Assembly (NCBI RefSeq): GCF_001186125.1
Contig: NW_014040029.1
Coordinates: 1 to 63,288, forward strand
DNA: 63,288 bases
Direction of reading: 5' to 3'
Source of the DNA: Sphaeroforma arctica JP610
Lineage: Eukaryota
Part shown: positions 1 to 9,346 of the stretch, piece by piece
Position numbering within the stretch: the first letter of the stretch is position 1
How the letters are laid out: every line of letters starts with the position of its first letter
The notes under the pieces: generated by a model
Databases searched by the model: none
What the model saw: only the letters and a program-made list of their open reading frames with translations
Told to the model about the DNA's origin: nothing
Program-made: the position numbers and the translations under genes

Positions 1-76
1 TTTAATTTTTAATAGTTTAAGAGGTCATTTATTTTGAAGCTCTTCGATCACTGGTGACGCTTGAGCTTGAGGGGAG

Positions 77-281
77 TGTAGTAAAAGTCCCCTTAAACCA
101 CTATCAGTGTGGAGTTAAAATTAGTTTACAATTAATTCACACGAGGTGAATTATTTGTAGACCAAGTAGACAATCAAATATAAGAATAAATACACCGCAC
201 TGAGCCTCAGGGAGACTCAGTAGGTTTTAGTATCGTATTTTGATATGTTTACTACAGTGGTTTAAGGGGACTTTTACTACA
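77..281 (+). mobile_element. 3' LTR of an LTR retrotransposon (copia-like) whose body lies upstream of the window
   Basis: TGTAGT...ACTACA termini with a perfect 26-bp inverted repeat (77-102 / 256-281). Immediately preceded by the purine tract GAGGGGAG (69-76) in the typical copia TTGAGGGGAG|TGT PPT-LTR context. No TSD, as expected for a non-solo 3' LTR. Confidence 0.7.
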
Positions 282-430
282 GTAAGCATCATCGATTTCC
301 ATACGATCATAGCCTCTGACAGGGTTAGGTTTGTCGAGAGGATGGTCGATTGTAGCTTCCGAGCTATAGAGATTAAATCTTAAAGTTTTACCCACTTCAC
401 CAGCGGTAACTGGCTCAGTGGTACCCCTGC

Positions 431-1108
431 TTAAACCAGTGGGTCCCAGGTTTGAAACCCGGCTCGGAATAATTTTTCTTCGGTAAGAATATCGGCCACG
501 TGGGGTATGATCAAAGGGTCAGAAGCTGCGGCAGCGGCAAGCTCCTTTAAAAGCTCATCTTTACGGTTCAAATGGCGTCGAGATTGAGAAGATCCAACCA
601 CTTGTTGTCGAGTTATGGCGTCCCCAACATTTGCGTCTTCCGCCCCAACATTCAGTGGCGAGACATTCAGTGGCGAGGCATTCAATGAAATTTCACAAAA
701 TGGAACGCCACCATCTTTGATAATAGGTGGATTGAGCTGACTTTTAGTAGTAATAAACCGTCGATCTCGAGACGATTCCTCCACTTGTTCAGGAGATATA
801 GCGTTTCCAATGTCTGACCTTTCGCGGTCAGATGGCGAGCTGAGGCCCTGGGCTGCACTACTAAGAGACACGGACGCTGGCGAGCTTTTCCGCGGCAGTC
901 GAGATATCCACTTCCAGGGCTTTAGGGTCCGACGAGTCATCCTCAGAGTTTTCCTCAGAATCAAGCTCAGAAACGGCTTCCTCTACAGCTTCAACGGCAG
1001 GCTCAGAGTACCAGACGGACCAGCGTCCCCAGTAACCTCAGGAACCTCAATAGGTTAGCAGGCTTAGAGCTGGCGGCTCCCTTGCCTTTAGAGTTTCTTT
1101 TAGCCATA
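431..1108 (-). pseudogene. Degenerate ORF of unknown family, probably TE-derived
   Basis: Reads MAKRNSKGKGAASSKP, then an acidic stretch (EEAVSELDSEENSEDDSSDP) and SPLNV repeats (15-bp unit at ~648-687), across frameshifts and stops. No recognisable domain. Confidence 0.25.
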
Positions 1109-1652
1109 GTAATAGCTCAAGAATAAGAAAATTAATAAAGTCGATGTATAGTAAGTAGCGTGTAGCTAACTTTAGGGTAGTATTAGCCACTATGAGGTAG
1201 TAAAGAATACTTACAGTCCTGTCGCTGGATAGTAAGCAATTATTAGACAGTCTAGAAGCAGATGGATATTTCTATGTTTTAAACTATGACATATGAACTA
1301 AGATACAATTTAAGTCAGTTAGAATTTAGCAGTGGTAGCTTGTGTAAGAATGATCGGGACTGCCTCTTGGTAAGAGCCTTAATATCCTCGATCACATTGG
1401 ACGTACCTCTAGCTGTTCTTTATTGAATTTTTCACTAGAAGTACTAAGTGTTCATGACCACATGTCTAATTTGTAGATAGACATAAGAACGTAGGTCAAG
1501 TTAATACATTAGCTAATATAAATAAAGTTCCATCTGAAGAAAAAAGAAAAAGAGAAAAAGACTTATTGGATTTTGGAGATTGGCGGGAAGACCAAAACCT
1601 GTAAGTAGTAGTTCAGAGATTATAAAATTTAGTTTATAATATCCTACATCTA

Positions 1653-2093
1653 CTATCGTCTCGGTGCGTACCCCGAGCAGTATTCCAAATACGCAAGCAT
1701 GCGCCTCGTTACGTTTACTGTAAACTGTGAGCCTCGATCCATTTGTATGCACTGAACTCGGCGATGACTTAAGATGTACCATTCATCGAAGGTGTGTAAC
1801 ATAGTATCCAAAATTGTTGTCGCTTTCAGATCGCGGATCGGATACTCTTTGGCCATGCTAGAAAAATCGTCTATGATTGATACAGAGTGGGTGTTGGATC
1901 TTATTGACGTTACGAACGGTCCTATTATGTCCACGAAGACAAACTCGAGAGGCTCTGTAGCAGGTTCGTGCTGTCGTTCCTTGTTTGTATTCTTCTTCTT
2001 CTTCTTAGCAATAGTGCATGCTTTGCATCGTTCCTCTGGTTGCCTTATGTAGGGTAAATCTTTTGGGACGTAGCTGGGGTGTGCGAGCGGCAT
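1653..2093 (-). pseudogene. Copia GAG-pre-integrase and integrase core (rve), truncated before the catalytic Glu
   Basis: LAHPS...CKACTIAK, EPLEFVFVDIIGPF, IIDDFS, IQMDRGSQF; stops at SGYAP, the position of the S.PYTPQQNG motif. Confidence 0.9.
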
Positions 2094-3614
2094 GAAATTT
2101 GATTGGCTTTCTCCAGCGATGGTTCCACTGTAGTCATAGCTATGTCATCGATGTGCACACAGTATATTTTGTGTTTTTCATGTACTGTTATGGTTCCGAA
2201 GCTTAGTAGTAATATGTGCATCATGTTGTTGGTGAATTCAAATGAGTAGTGTCGCGCTGAGAGTAGGCTGATACTTCGTTTTGCAGTTTTAAATGTCGTA
2301 TCAATGAGTACGTCCCCCAAGTTTCCTAGCTGAGCCACATACTTCGGATAAATGATTGTACCATCAGCTACTTCGAGCGCATACCGGTCAATAATGCGCA
2401 TGTTGCTGACGAGATGATGTTTGTGGTACTTATAGGGAAGTACGTGTATGGTGGCGCAACTATCGCAAGCTAGTCAGTATCCACCTCTGGAATCTCTATC
2501 TGACTGATCATTCACCTCCTTGTTGTCGATTGTAGTGTTAATTGTTGAGAATGCGATCTGTCTGTTTGCAGGTAACTGGTCATCAGATACTTTTGCTGAC
2601 ATCGCTTTGTTCTGTCTGCCTTCATGAGCTTGGCGTTGATTGCTCTGGGATCTATATGTTCTGTCAATGTCTTGTGAATGTTGGATATCTCGTGAATATC
2701 TACCATCGTCGTAGTCACGTCGATTGTACCTATCTACTCGGTAGTCCTGTCGGTCCTGATCATTGTGATTATCGTAGCGGTATTGGTAGCAGTTGTTTCT
2801 GTTGTACTCTTCCACACGAGTACGGTAGTCACGATTCGAATCAGGTCGGCGATGCTTGTCATTGTTCTTGGACTTAAATCTGTAGTCTCTCATGTCATGA
2901 CGAGGACCAGATTTGTCAATCCGTCGATCGTAACGTTTACGACCGTCGTGGTCACGACCCTGACTATGTGGGTTACCAGCAACGCATGATTTGATTAGCG
3001 CTTGTAGCTTACGGCATTGCCCGATGGAATGCCCACGATTATTGCAGAATGCACAATTTCCTGTCGATATAGCTGCATGCGCACCGTGCACAATGGTTGA
3101 TGGGTCACTTTCATCTGGATCCAATGCGATGAGGTACGTGGTGAGCTCATCGTACGACATGGCCATCATAGCGGGTGTCTTCGACGTAATCTTAACAGTC
3201 TAATTATCGTCGTTGTTGTTAGACTTCGTACCTCCGGCGTTTTGAATTTCACAAATGCCGTGTTGAGACGACTGATAAGGCTGGCGTAAGATTCGTTCCG
3301 TTCTGGCGTGATACGGTTCAGTTTTCCTTCTAATGTCTGGATATCAGTGCGGCAAAAGCTTCCCACGGCTTATCAATGAATTGGCTGATCTCTGTTTGCA
3401 GCAATGGAGATAGGGTGCCGTTGCTAACCCGGTATGTCTCAACGATTTCCTTGGGTGTCCATCGGTTGCCTCTAGATTGGGTTGGATTGGTCAATATTGT
3501 TGGGATTCCTTCACAATTCACGGATAGAATTGTCTGGGTTTTCCAAGGAAGCCAGTCTACCTTTGATTCGAGAATAGTGGTGGTCTTTATATCCTTAGAG
3601 TTCACAGTAGGCAA
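2045..3614 (-). pseudogene. Copia gag (CCHC zinc knuckle) plus aspartic protease
   Basis: Gag N-terminus LESKVDWLPWKTQT; knuckle CAFCNNRGHSIGQC (CX2CX4HX4C). In the same frame after a TGA at 2474-2476 comes LACDSCATIH (copia WxxDSGAT.H motif) and LEVADG. Broken into ORFs 3330-3614, 3166-3366, 2474-3169 and 2045-2401. Confidence 0.85.
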
Positions 3615-3648
3615 GTTGATAGCGCGAGATCAGAGTGACCTGATAAGT

Positions 3649-3813
3649 TGTTAGAGTACAATGTAGTAGACTTTAAATGAAGTGCATATGTATGTAGTTA
3701 TTTCTGACCTCACCTTTGGTTTTATACCTAAGGTGTTTGTGCTAGTGTTCAGCCGCTTGGGCTGGCCAGGGTAAAAACTCATATGGTCAGTATGAGAAAC
3801 CTTATGCGGAACA
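3649..3813 (-). mobile_element. Putative 5' LTR of the copia element (~165 bp)
   Basis: TGTT (3649) ... AACA (3813) termini, ~35 bp upstream of gag. No second copy in the window to confirm the boundaries. Confidence 0.5.
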
Positions 3814-3953
3814 CTTTAACCCTTCGATGATTTTCTATTTCAACTTATCTACAACTAAACTCACGCTGATCACTTGATGCCTTTGCGCATAGGTTGTGAC
3901 TCACATAGAACCGCAGCTATTATTAATATGTTGTGGTTGACAGGCTTAATCCA

Positions 3954-4110
3954 CTCTCGGGAATCGGTTGAGAAACTAAATCTGCTCTCGGAAGTCGGTT
4001 AAGTAATAACTCAACTCTTGAGAGTAATTTAAGCAACTTGAATAGCTCTTGGGAGTGAGCTCACTCTGATGACTTAGCTCTCAGGAGTGAGCTAGTTCTG
4101 ATGACTTCCA
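3954..4110. repeat. Degenerate minisatellite, 5 units of 30-32 bp
   Basis: Units begin ctctcgggaat / ctctcggaagt / ctcttgagagt / ctcttgggagt / ctctcaggagt; the last two also share gagtgagct and tctgatgactt. Confidence 0.65.
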
Positions 4111-5223
4111 TAAATCAAAGATGGTTTCTTGCAGTAAAATCTGGCCTGAGACCTGTAGTCTCTCAAATTCCATTTTATCGTTGTTGTTGAAGCTCATATT
4201 GTTGTTGATTTCTTATCCAAATTAGGTTTCGCAAGGGTAGGAAAGCATTTCATGGGTTTGAAATTGACACATTCCCATTCTGTAGCTACAGTTCCCATCT
4301 AGTACAATGCTACGACAGTTCAATCTGAATGGTTGATCATGAAATGCTGAAGAGTTCTCAAAGCGTATATAGGAGCTGTTTTTTCACATGCAAGAATGTA
4401 GAATAGTTGGTTCGAAAAATTGATGAAATTTGTAGATTCAACAAGCATAAGAATCACCTAATCGTTCAATCTATATTGACAACGAGAATGTGTGTACATA
4501 AAACGGGACAAGTATGGTCATAGCCTTCTGAAGAAAAAATTCAAGAGGGTTATGGTATGACCCTTATCGAAGGTTTTCCTCGTATGCTAGTTATAGAAGC
4601 AACCTAAACGCGACAAAAACAAGGAAACAACTCAAAAGTGATTTCTGGCTTTCAACAGCTTTTCCGTACACAAATTTAGTGTTTCTTATTAAAGTTTGTT
4701 TCTTCAAGTCAGTTTACATATCTGCGCGTACTATTGTGATGGCACTCAAACATATGCTGCTTCTCTATAGACCTCAGGTAGGAAAGCATTTCATGCGTTT
4801 GAAATTGACATATTCCCATTCTAAACCTACAGTACCCATCTATTATAAAACTACGACAGTTCAATCTGAATGGCTGATCATGATATGTTGTTTTAATAGT
4901 TATTTGGAAAGTACCACGCTAGTTACAGGGTCTTTTTCGGGTTTGTTTCTAGCCTCAAGGTTCGTCTCGACGAAGCCGGTGCCAAGCGCAACCTATGTGT
5001 GAGGCCCTAGAGACGATATCTAGGGATGGTGTATCGCTGCGAGAGTCGAACGATACCTGTGTATAGCAGTGTTTGGAAACCCCTAGGTGATTATTCAGGC
5101 GGTGTTTGGAAACCGCTATTGATTATTAATAAAAAAGATATTATATACTGGGACATTTTTACGCTTCGACCTCATATGAAGGATATAAGATGATAATTAC
5201 TAAGGGTGAGCGGGTGCGGACGG

Positions 5224-5426
5224 GAAGGATATAAGATGAAATAGTATGCCATTACTATCTTGTCTTATATACATAAGACGAGCTCGGTGAACGAGTCTGA
5301 ATACCAAAAATTGCTCCCTTAATCATCTTGATGAGTGAGCATGCTCCAGCATAATTATTGGTAATCAGGCTCTTTTACCGAGTTAGTCTTAAAAATATTT
5401 CAGAGTAAACTCTGTAAAATATGTTG
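5224..5426 (-). repeat. Direct repeat copy A2 of the YR retrotransposon
   Basis: Co-linear with 9119-9346 (gaagga.ataagatga.atagtatgccattactatcttgtct ... cagagtaa.ctctgta.aa.atgttg), with two small deletions. Confidence 0.92.
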
Positions 5427-5466
5427 TTACTTCTCACCTCGAGACATACAGTGTCTCGACCGAAGC

Positions 5467-6450
5467 TTAGGTCATGCTCAGAAAACCCCTCACTACCACT
5501 GCTGTGGACGAAATTTCCACCGCTTGCGTTGTGGAACCAAAGTGCCTCTGGGTGACACTTCGACGGGGTCGGAATACGACAGTAGCGCACGATCGTTGGT
5601 AAGTGGTCCCTGCAGGAATCTGTCGGCTGCGGTAACCGTCGATGACGATCGATAATGGAAAACTGATCCTTCCTTGACGCACACTATAGAAGCAATCTAG
5701 TTGCAGGAATCTGCAAGCTACAACATGTTTGCGCGAAGCCACGCCGAAATACGCTGTCTCGAAATCTTCTCGCAACGCTTCGATGGCAGCAGAAGCTCCC
5801 ATATCCTGCCTTCTAGAGATTACTGCCGTAATAGCGGGATCAGATTCTTGTACCGAAGATCGAAGGTCTTCTCATCCACTAATCGAGAGGGGCAGTTGCT
5901 GCCTCCTGAGGTCAAGCCCCGCTTCCGTTTCGCCATTGTGAAGTTAATTCAATTGAAGCTTGGATCCAACACCACATGGTCCGGTTTGATACATACAATT
6001 GTGTCCCACCTATGGCCGAAGAGAATCATCCAAAGGTAAATGGCGGTGTGCCATATGTTGAAGGCCGGACAATTGATAACCGCCAGCACCCACTTAGACA
6101 ATACTTTGGGTTGGTTCAGTACCGGATTATGAGTACTACGCCACTCCACGGTGTACTCACGAGTGATTCGGCTCCAGTCATCAGATAAGTGTGTTGTATT
6201 ATTCATTTCACACCATTTGCTAAATACCGATCTCGTATTTTTCCAGTCATTCAAAGTCATTTCCTCATACATACAGTACTCAGCATATGTAAGGAGACTA
6301 GCTATGTCTGAAAATGGTTTGAACTCTTGTTGTTGAAGAGTACGAAATCACGGAAGTATTTTAACGCGCGATCATAGTTCGCTATAGTCCCCGGGGCAAG
6401 TCCGCCGCTGTTGAGACGTGCCCTGCGTCGTCCATCTCCACAACCTTCAG
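5467..6450 (-). pseudogene. Tyrosine recombinase (phage-integrase family), frameshifted
   Basis: N-terminal GLAPGTIANYDRALKYFRDF (typical DIRS YR start, overlapping the end of the MT frame) and box I YLWMILFGHRWDTI. The C-terminal H-x-x-R and Tyr motifs are not cleanly readable. Confidence 0.7.
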
Positions 6451-6612
6451 AGAATGGAGACTGATAGCGGCGTTCCGAGAGGGGCTGTAAAACACTGCTA
6501 AAAACCGCCATGGTGGTGCCGTCCGTTCCAACTGACTCGCCAATGGTTGAGGGTAATGTCCAGCTCCCTCCGGTAGGAAATGTATGGCTTTGGCATGCGC
6601 CATCAAATTTCC

Positions 6613-7092
6613 CTACCAGGTCGCGGCTGTCCAGAATGAGACTATTAATATCCCCTCGACTGCTTCCCTGTCTAGCTTCTCTATTACTTGACCGACTAAA
6701 ACTTCCGGAGGCGTGAACAAATGAATATTCTGGTTCCACTGATGGTGAAATGCGTGTAATTCCTTTACTGCCGCGTGGTGAGCCTTCTGCTCGTAGTATT
6801 CTGTCGGAAATAGATCTGTTTCCGAGCTCGAGGTCTGTAGGTGCCACATGTGATATATTTTCAATATCTCGGATGCCTTGACTGTCCACGAGAATCTCAG
6901 CAGATTTCCCCTTCGACTGAGTGCGTCTGCTGTCAGATTGAGCTTCCCCGGCAAATACTCTAGTGTTGTTGGCCAATTAATTTGTTTGTTGTGACATAAC
7001 AATGCGAGATTTTGAAGCTGAGAATTCATCAGACGCGAGGGGCTCCTCCGTTTACTGAGGCCGTGCATCGCGGTCGAGGAGTCTGGCATCAC
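6613..7092 (-). pseudogene. DIRS-type RNase H C-terminus fused to an N6-adenine DNA methyltransferase-like domain
   Basis: RNase H: DSSTAM...EYLPGKLNLTADALSR. MT: DLFPTEY...HQWNQNIHLFTPPEVLVGQVIEKL...GILIVSFWTAATW, matching the DIRS MT pattern DLFA...W....Y.FPP...K....ILI.P.W....W. Confidence 0.85.
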
Positions 7093-7328
7093 TAAAAGAG
7101 TAGTTTCTTCCTGTATACATTGCCATAGCTAGTGTTCGTAGCTCCAGAACGGAAATCGGCCATTTTGTTTCTCTTTGATTCCAGCGGCCCGCGAAGGTAT
7201 GCGTTTGACCCTCCGAGTAAAGAGTCGCTCCATATCCAATTTTCGAAACATCTCTCGTCAGTTCGGCATTTGGTTCCTGGAGCTAGATTGCTCGGCTGTC
7301 GAAGGTTGTCAAGAGAGTTTCAGTTTCA

Positions 7329-8226
7329 CTATTTGTTTTTGAAAAGAGAGCCTGATAACCTTACCTTCGGATGAGTAAGTTGTACTCCCGATTGTACTTC
7401 TGCCAAAAAATGGTCGGATGTTTGAGACTGCGAATGCCGCCCACAGAAGCATACCCAGGTACGATCTCCATAGCTTGAGAGGAATCTTTCGCGGAAGGTG
7501 ACGGAATAGACCAAGGTCGTCGTCCTAGCTATCTTCTGACTAAAAGAGGTTGTCACCTGTATCCGATTTTCCAACAGATTTATGATTACTCTCAGGTGAT
7601 CTAAACATTGAGCTGGAGTCTCCCACTCCCCTATTTCATCTGCTAGTTCCAAACCCGAAGCCTTGTTGAACCGATTGATAAAGTCGCGATGTGTCTGTAT
7701 AAGAAACAGTGTCGCAAATAGCAACAGGTCGTCTGCGTATAACAAAATTCGGATCCCTTTCGATCGGCAGACTCGGCGAACGGTGTTCATCAGCTGATGG
7801 AAGTACTCAAGCACCATAGCTGCCCCTTGCGATCCCAAAATTGCCAAAGTTGGGGCTGTGCTACTATGATCGGTGGGTCGTGCAATCTTTGAAGTCTGAT
7901 CCAGACCTTCCATTCGAAATTTGCGTTAAACTGCAGTGTCGTTGATCAATTTCGGATTGAGTATCAACCTTGCTCGGATCCCATCCGACTTCGGGATCGT
8001 AAATGCCTTCTGGGTTAGATATACTTCGGCTTCTGCGCATCTCCGGATGACACACTGACGTTTCAGTCGTAGTAGCACGGTTCCCTCCATCTCCGCCCTT
8101 ACTTCCGGCGTCAAGATCCAGCGTCCGCGGTCGGATCGCTTCGGTGGTCCCTACTTCCCCCATCCTGGTCTCACTCCATATCGTATCGCGTCGCATATCT
8201 TCCGATTCGTCTCCAGGGCTCTCCAT
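7329..8226 (-). pseudogene. DIRS-type reverse transcriptase, degenerate
   Basis: AFTIPKSDGIRARLILNPKLIN*RKFRMEGL ... GIRILLYADDLLL. Contains an in-frame stop and appears to have lost the motif A (DLxDAY) region. Confidence 0.88.
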
Positions 8227-8317
8227 GTTTTTAGACGTCCTCGTACTCGAAGAAATAGGGCGTCGTTTGGAGATTTTGTGGGATAAATAAGTGTTGTTAT
8301 GACTTATTTAATTAGCC

Positions 8318-9036
8318 TTAGGCTTTACCTGCTTTTTCCTGAGCCTCCTTTTCACGGGTGGCTTTCTCGCGGGCGGCTCTGTCCTTATTGACTTTCCCTG
8401 TTTTATATGAATGAACTATAGCCAATTCGCACTGCTTCTTTATCTGGTTGTCGTAGAGTTTTTGCAGCAATGGATTAAACTGGTTAAAGTTGTACGTTTG
8501 ATGTTTTAGCAATGAGGCAAAGTCTCCTCCCTTGCTAACTCATATTTTCATGAGTTCTAGTGTGAGCTTGAAATCGTGTAGTAGATCGACAACGAGACCA
8601 ATCAGTGCTGTTTGCCGTAACTCGTCGGTATGCACGTTCTGTTGGATCTGCTTGATTTGGTGTATACCGAGATTGTACCAATTTTTAATTCGTACGAGTT
8701 CGTCTTGCACCGGCTCCTTTTCTCCTTCGTAAAAACTATTGACTGTGCACGGACGTGTCTTTGGTCCTTTGGAGAAAGTAACTTTCTCGATAAATTCCAG
8801 ATTGGCGATTCTCTTTGCGATGCCAGTCGATATGCCTTCCTCAGCTGGTCTCACGCTGTCTTGCAGTGCGTTCACAAATTCAAGGTTTGAAATTCGCCCC
8901 AATGGTGGCTTAACTGAACATAGCCCCGTTGGGCCCTCTGTTGGTGCGATATAGCCAGTGCGGTTGAAACTTTCTTGTTCAAAAGTTGCTGAAGTCGCCG
9001 TTGGTTAAGATTTTGGGCTTGCTGTTCTTCGGCCAT
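8318..9036 (-). pseudogene. ORF1 (gag-like) of the YR retrotransposon, frameshifted
   Basis: Position between repeat A1 and RT; ATG at 9036; ORF pieces 8540-8902 and 8318-8512. Assigned by position only. Confidence 0.6.
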
Positions 9037-9118
9037 TCTAGATGCGAATGGTTAGAGCGGTTTATGTGGTATGATCCCACTTCACGGTTTGTATCAACCA
9101 CGGTTGTGTCAATAACGA

Positions 9119-9346
9119 GAAGGAAATAAGATGAGATAGTATGCCATTACTATCTTGTCTGATATACATAAGACGAGCTCGGTGAACGAGTCTGAAAACC
9201 AAAAATGATTCTGCTGAAAGTTTGCTCCCTTAATCATCTTGATGAGATAGCTAAGTGAGCATACTCCCGCATAATTATTAGTAATCAGGCTCGTTTACCG
9301 AGTTTGTCTTCAACATATTTCAGAGTAAGCTCTGTAGAAAATGTTG
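9119..9346 (-). repeat. Direct repeat copy A1 (5' terminus) of the YR retrotransposon
   Basis: Matches 5224-5426 and ends exactly where the host tandem repeat resumes. Confidence 0.92.

Larger units (their letters stand above)
1653..3813 (-). mobile_element. Truncated, decayed Ty1/copia LTR retrotransposon (5' LTR, gag, protease, integrase; RT, RNase H and 3' LTR missing)
   Basis: Domain order gag-PR-INT is diagnostic of copia. Several frameshifts and stops; coding ends abruptly inside the integrase core. Confidence 0.9.
4885..9346 (-). mobile_element. Tyrosine-recombinase retrotransposon (DIRS order, PAT-like), decayed
   Basis: gag - RT - RNase H - methyltransferase - YR order; ~200-230-bp direct repeats. 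Both ends are defined by clean interruption of the host tandem repeat, with ATGTTG at both junctions (4885-4890, 9341-9346). Confidence 0.9.

Noticed and set aside
1100..1650. TpA/TAG-rich sequence reminiscent of fungal RIP
   Set aside because: No unmutated copy to compare with, and the A1/A2 differences in the neighbouring element show no obvious C-to-T polarity.
4060..4110. Two CTGATGA motifs suggesting a hammerhead ribozyme or C/D snoRNA (also TTGATGAG in the YR repeats)
   Set aside because: No correctly placed GAAA or stem III; they are part of a minisatellite or a hairpin.
3954..4110. CRISPR-like appearance of short periodic repeats (also 46676-46890)
   Set aside because: Eukaryotic context, repeats too short and degenerate, related spacers, no cas genes.
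5701..8954. Plus-strand ORFs over the retroelement, and antisense ORFs over POLQ, UAP56 and 14-3-3 exons
   Set aside because: Shadow ORFs of coding sequence on the opposite strand, with no motifs.
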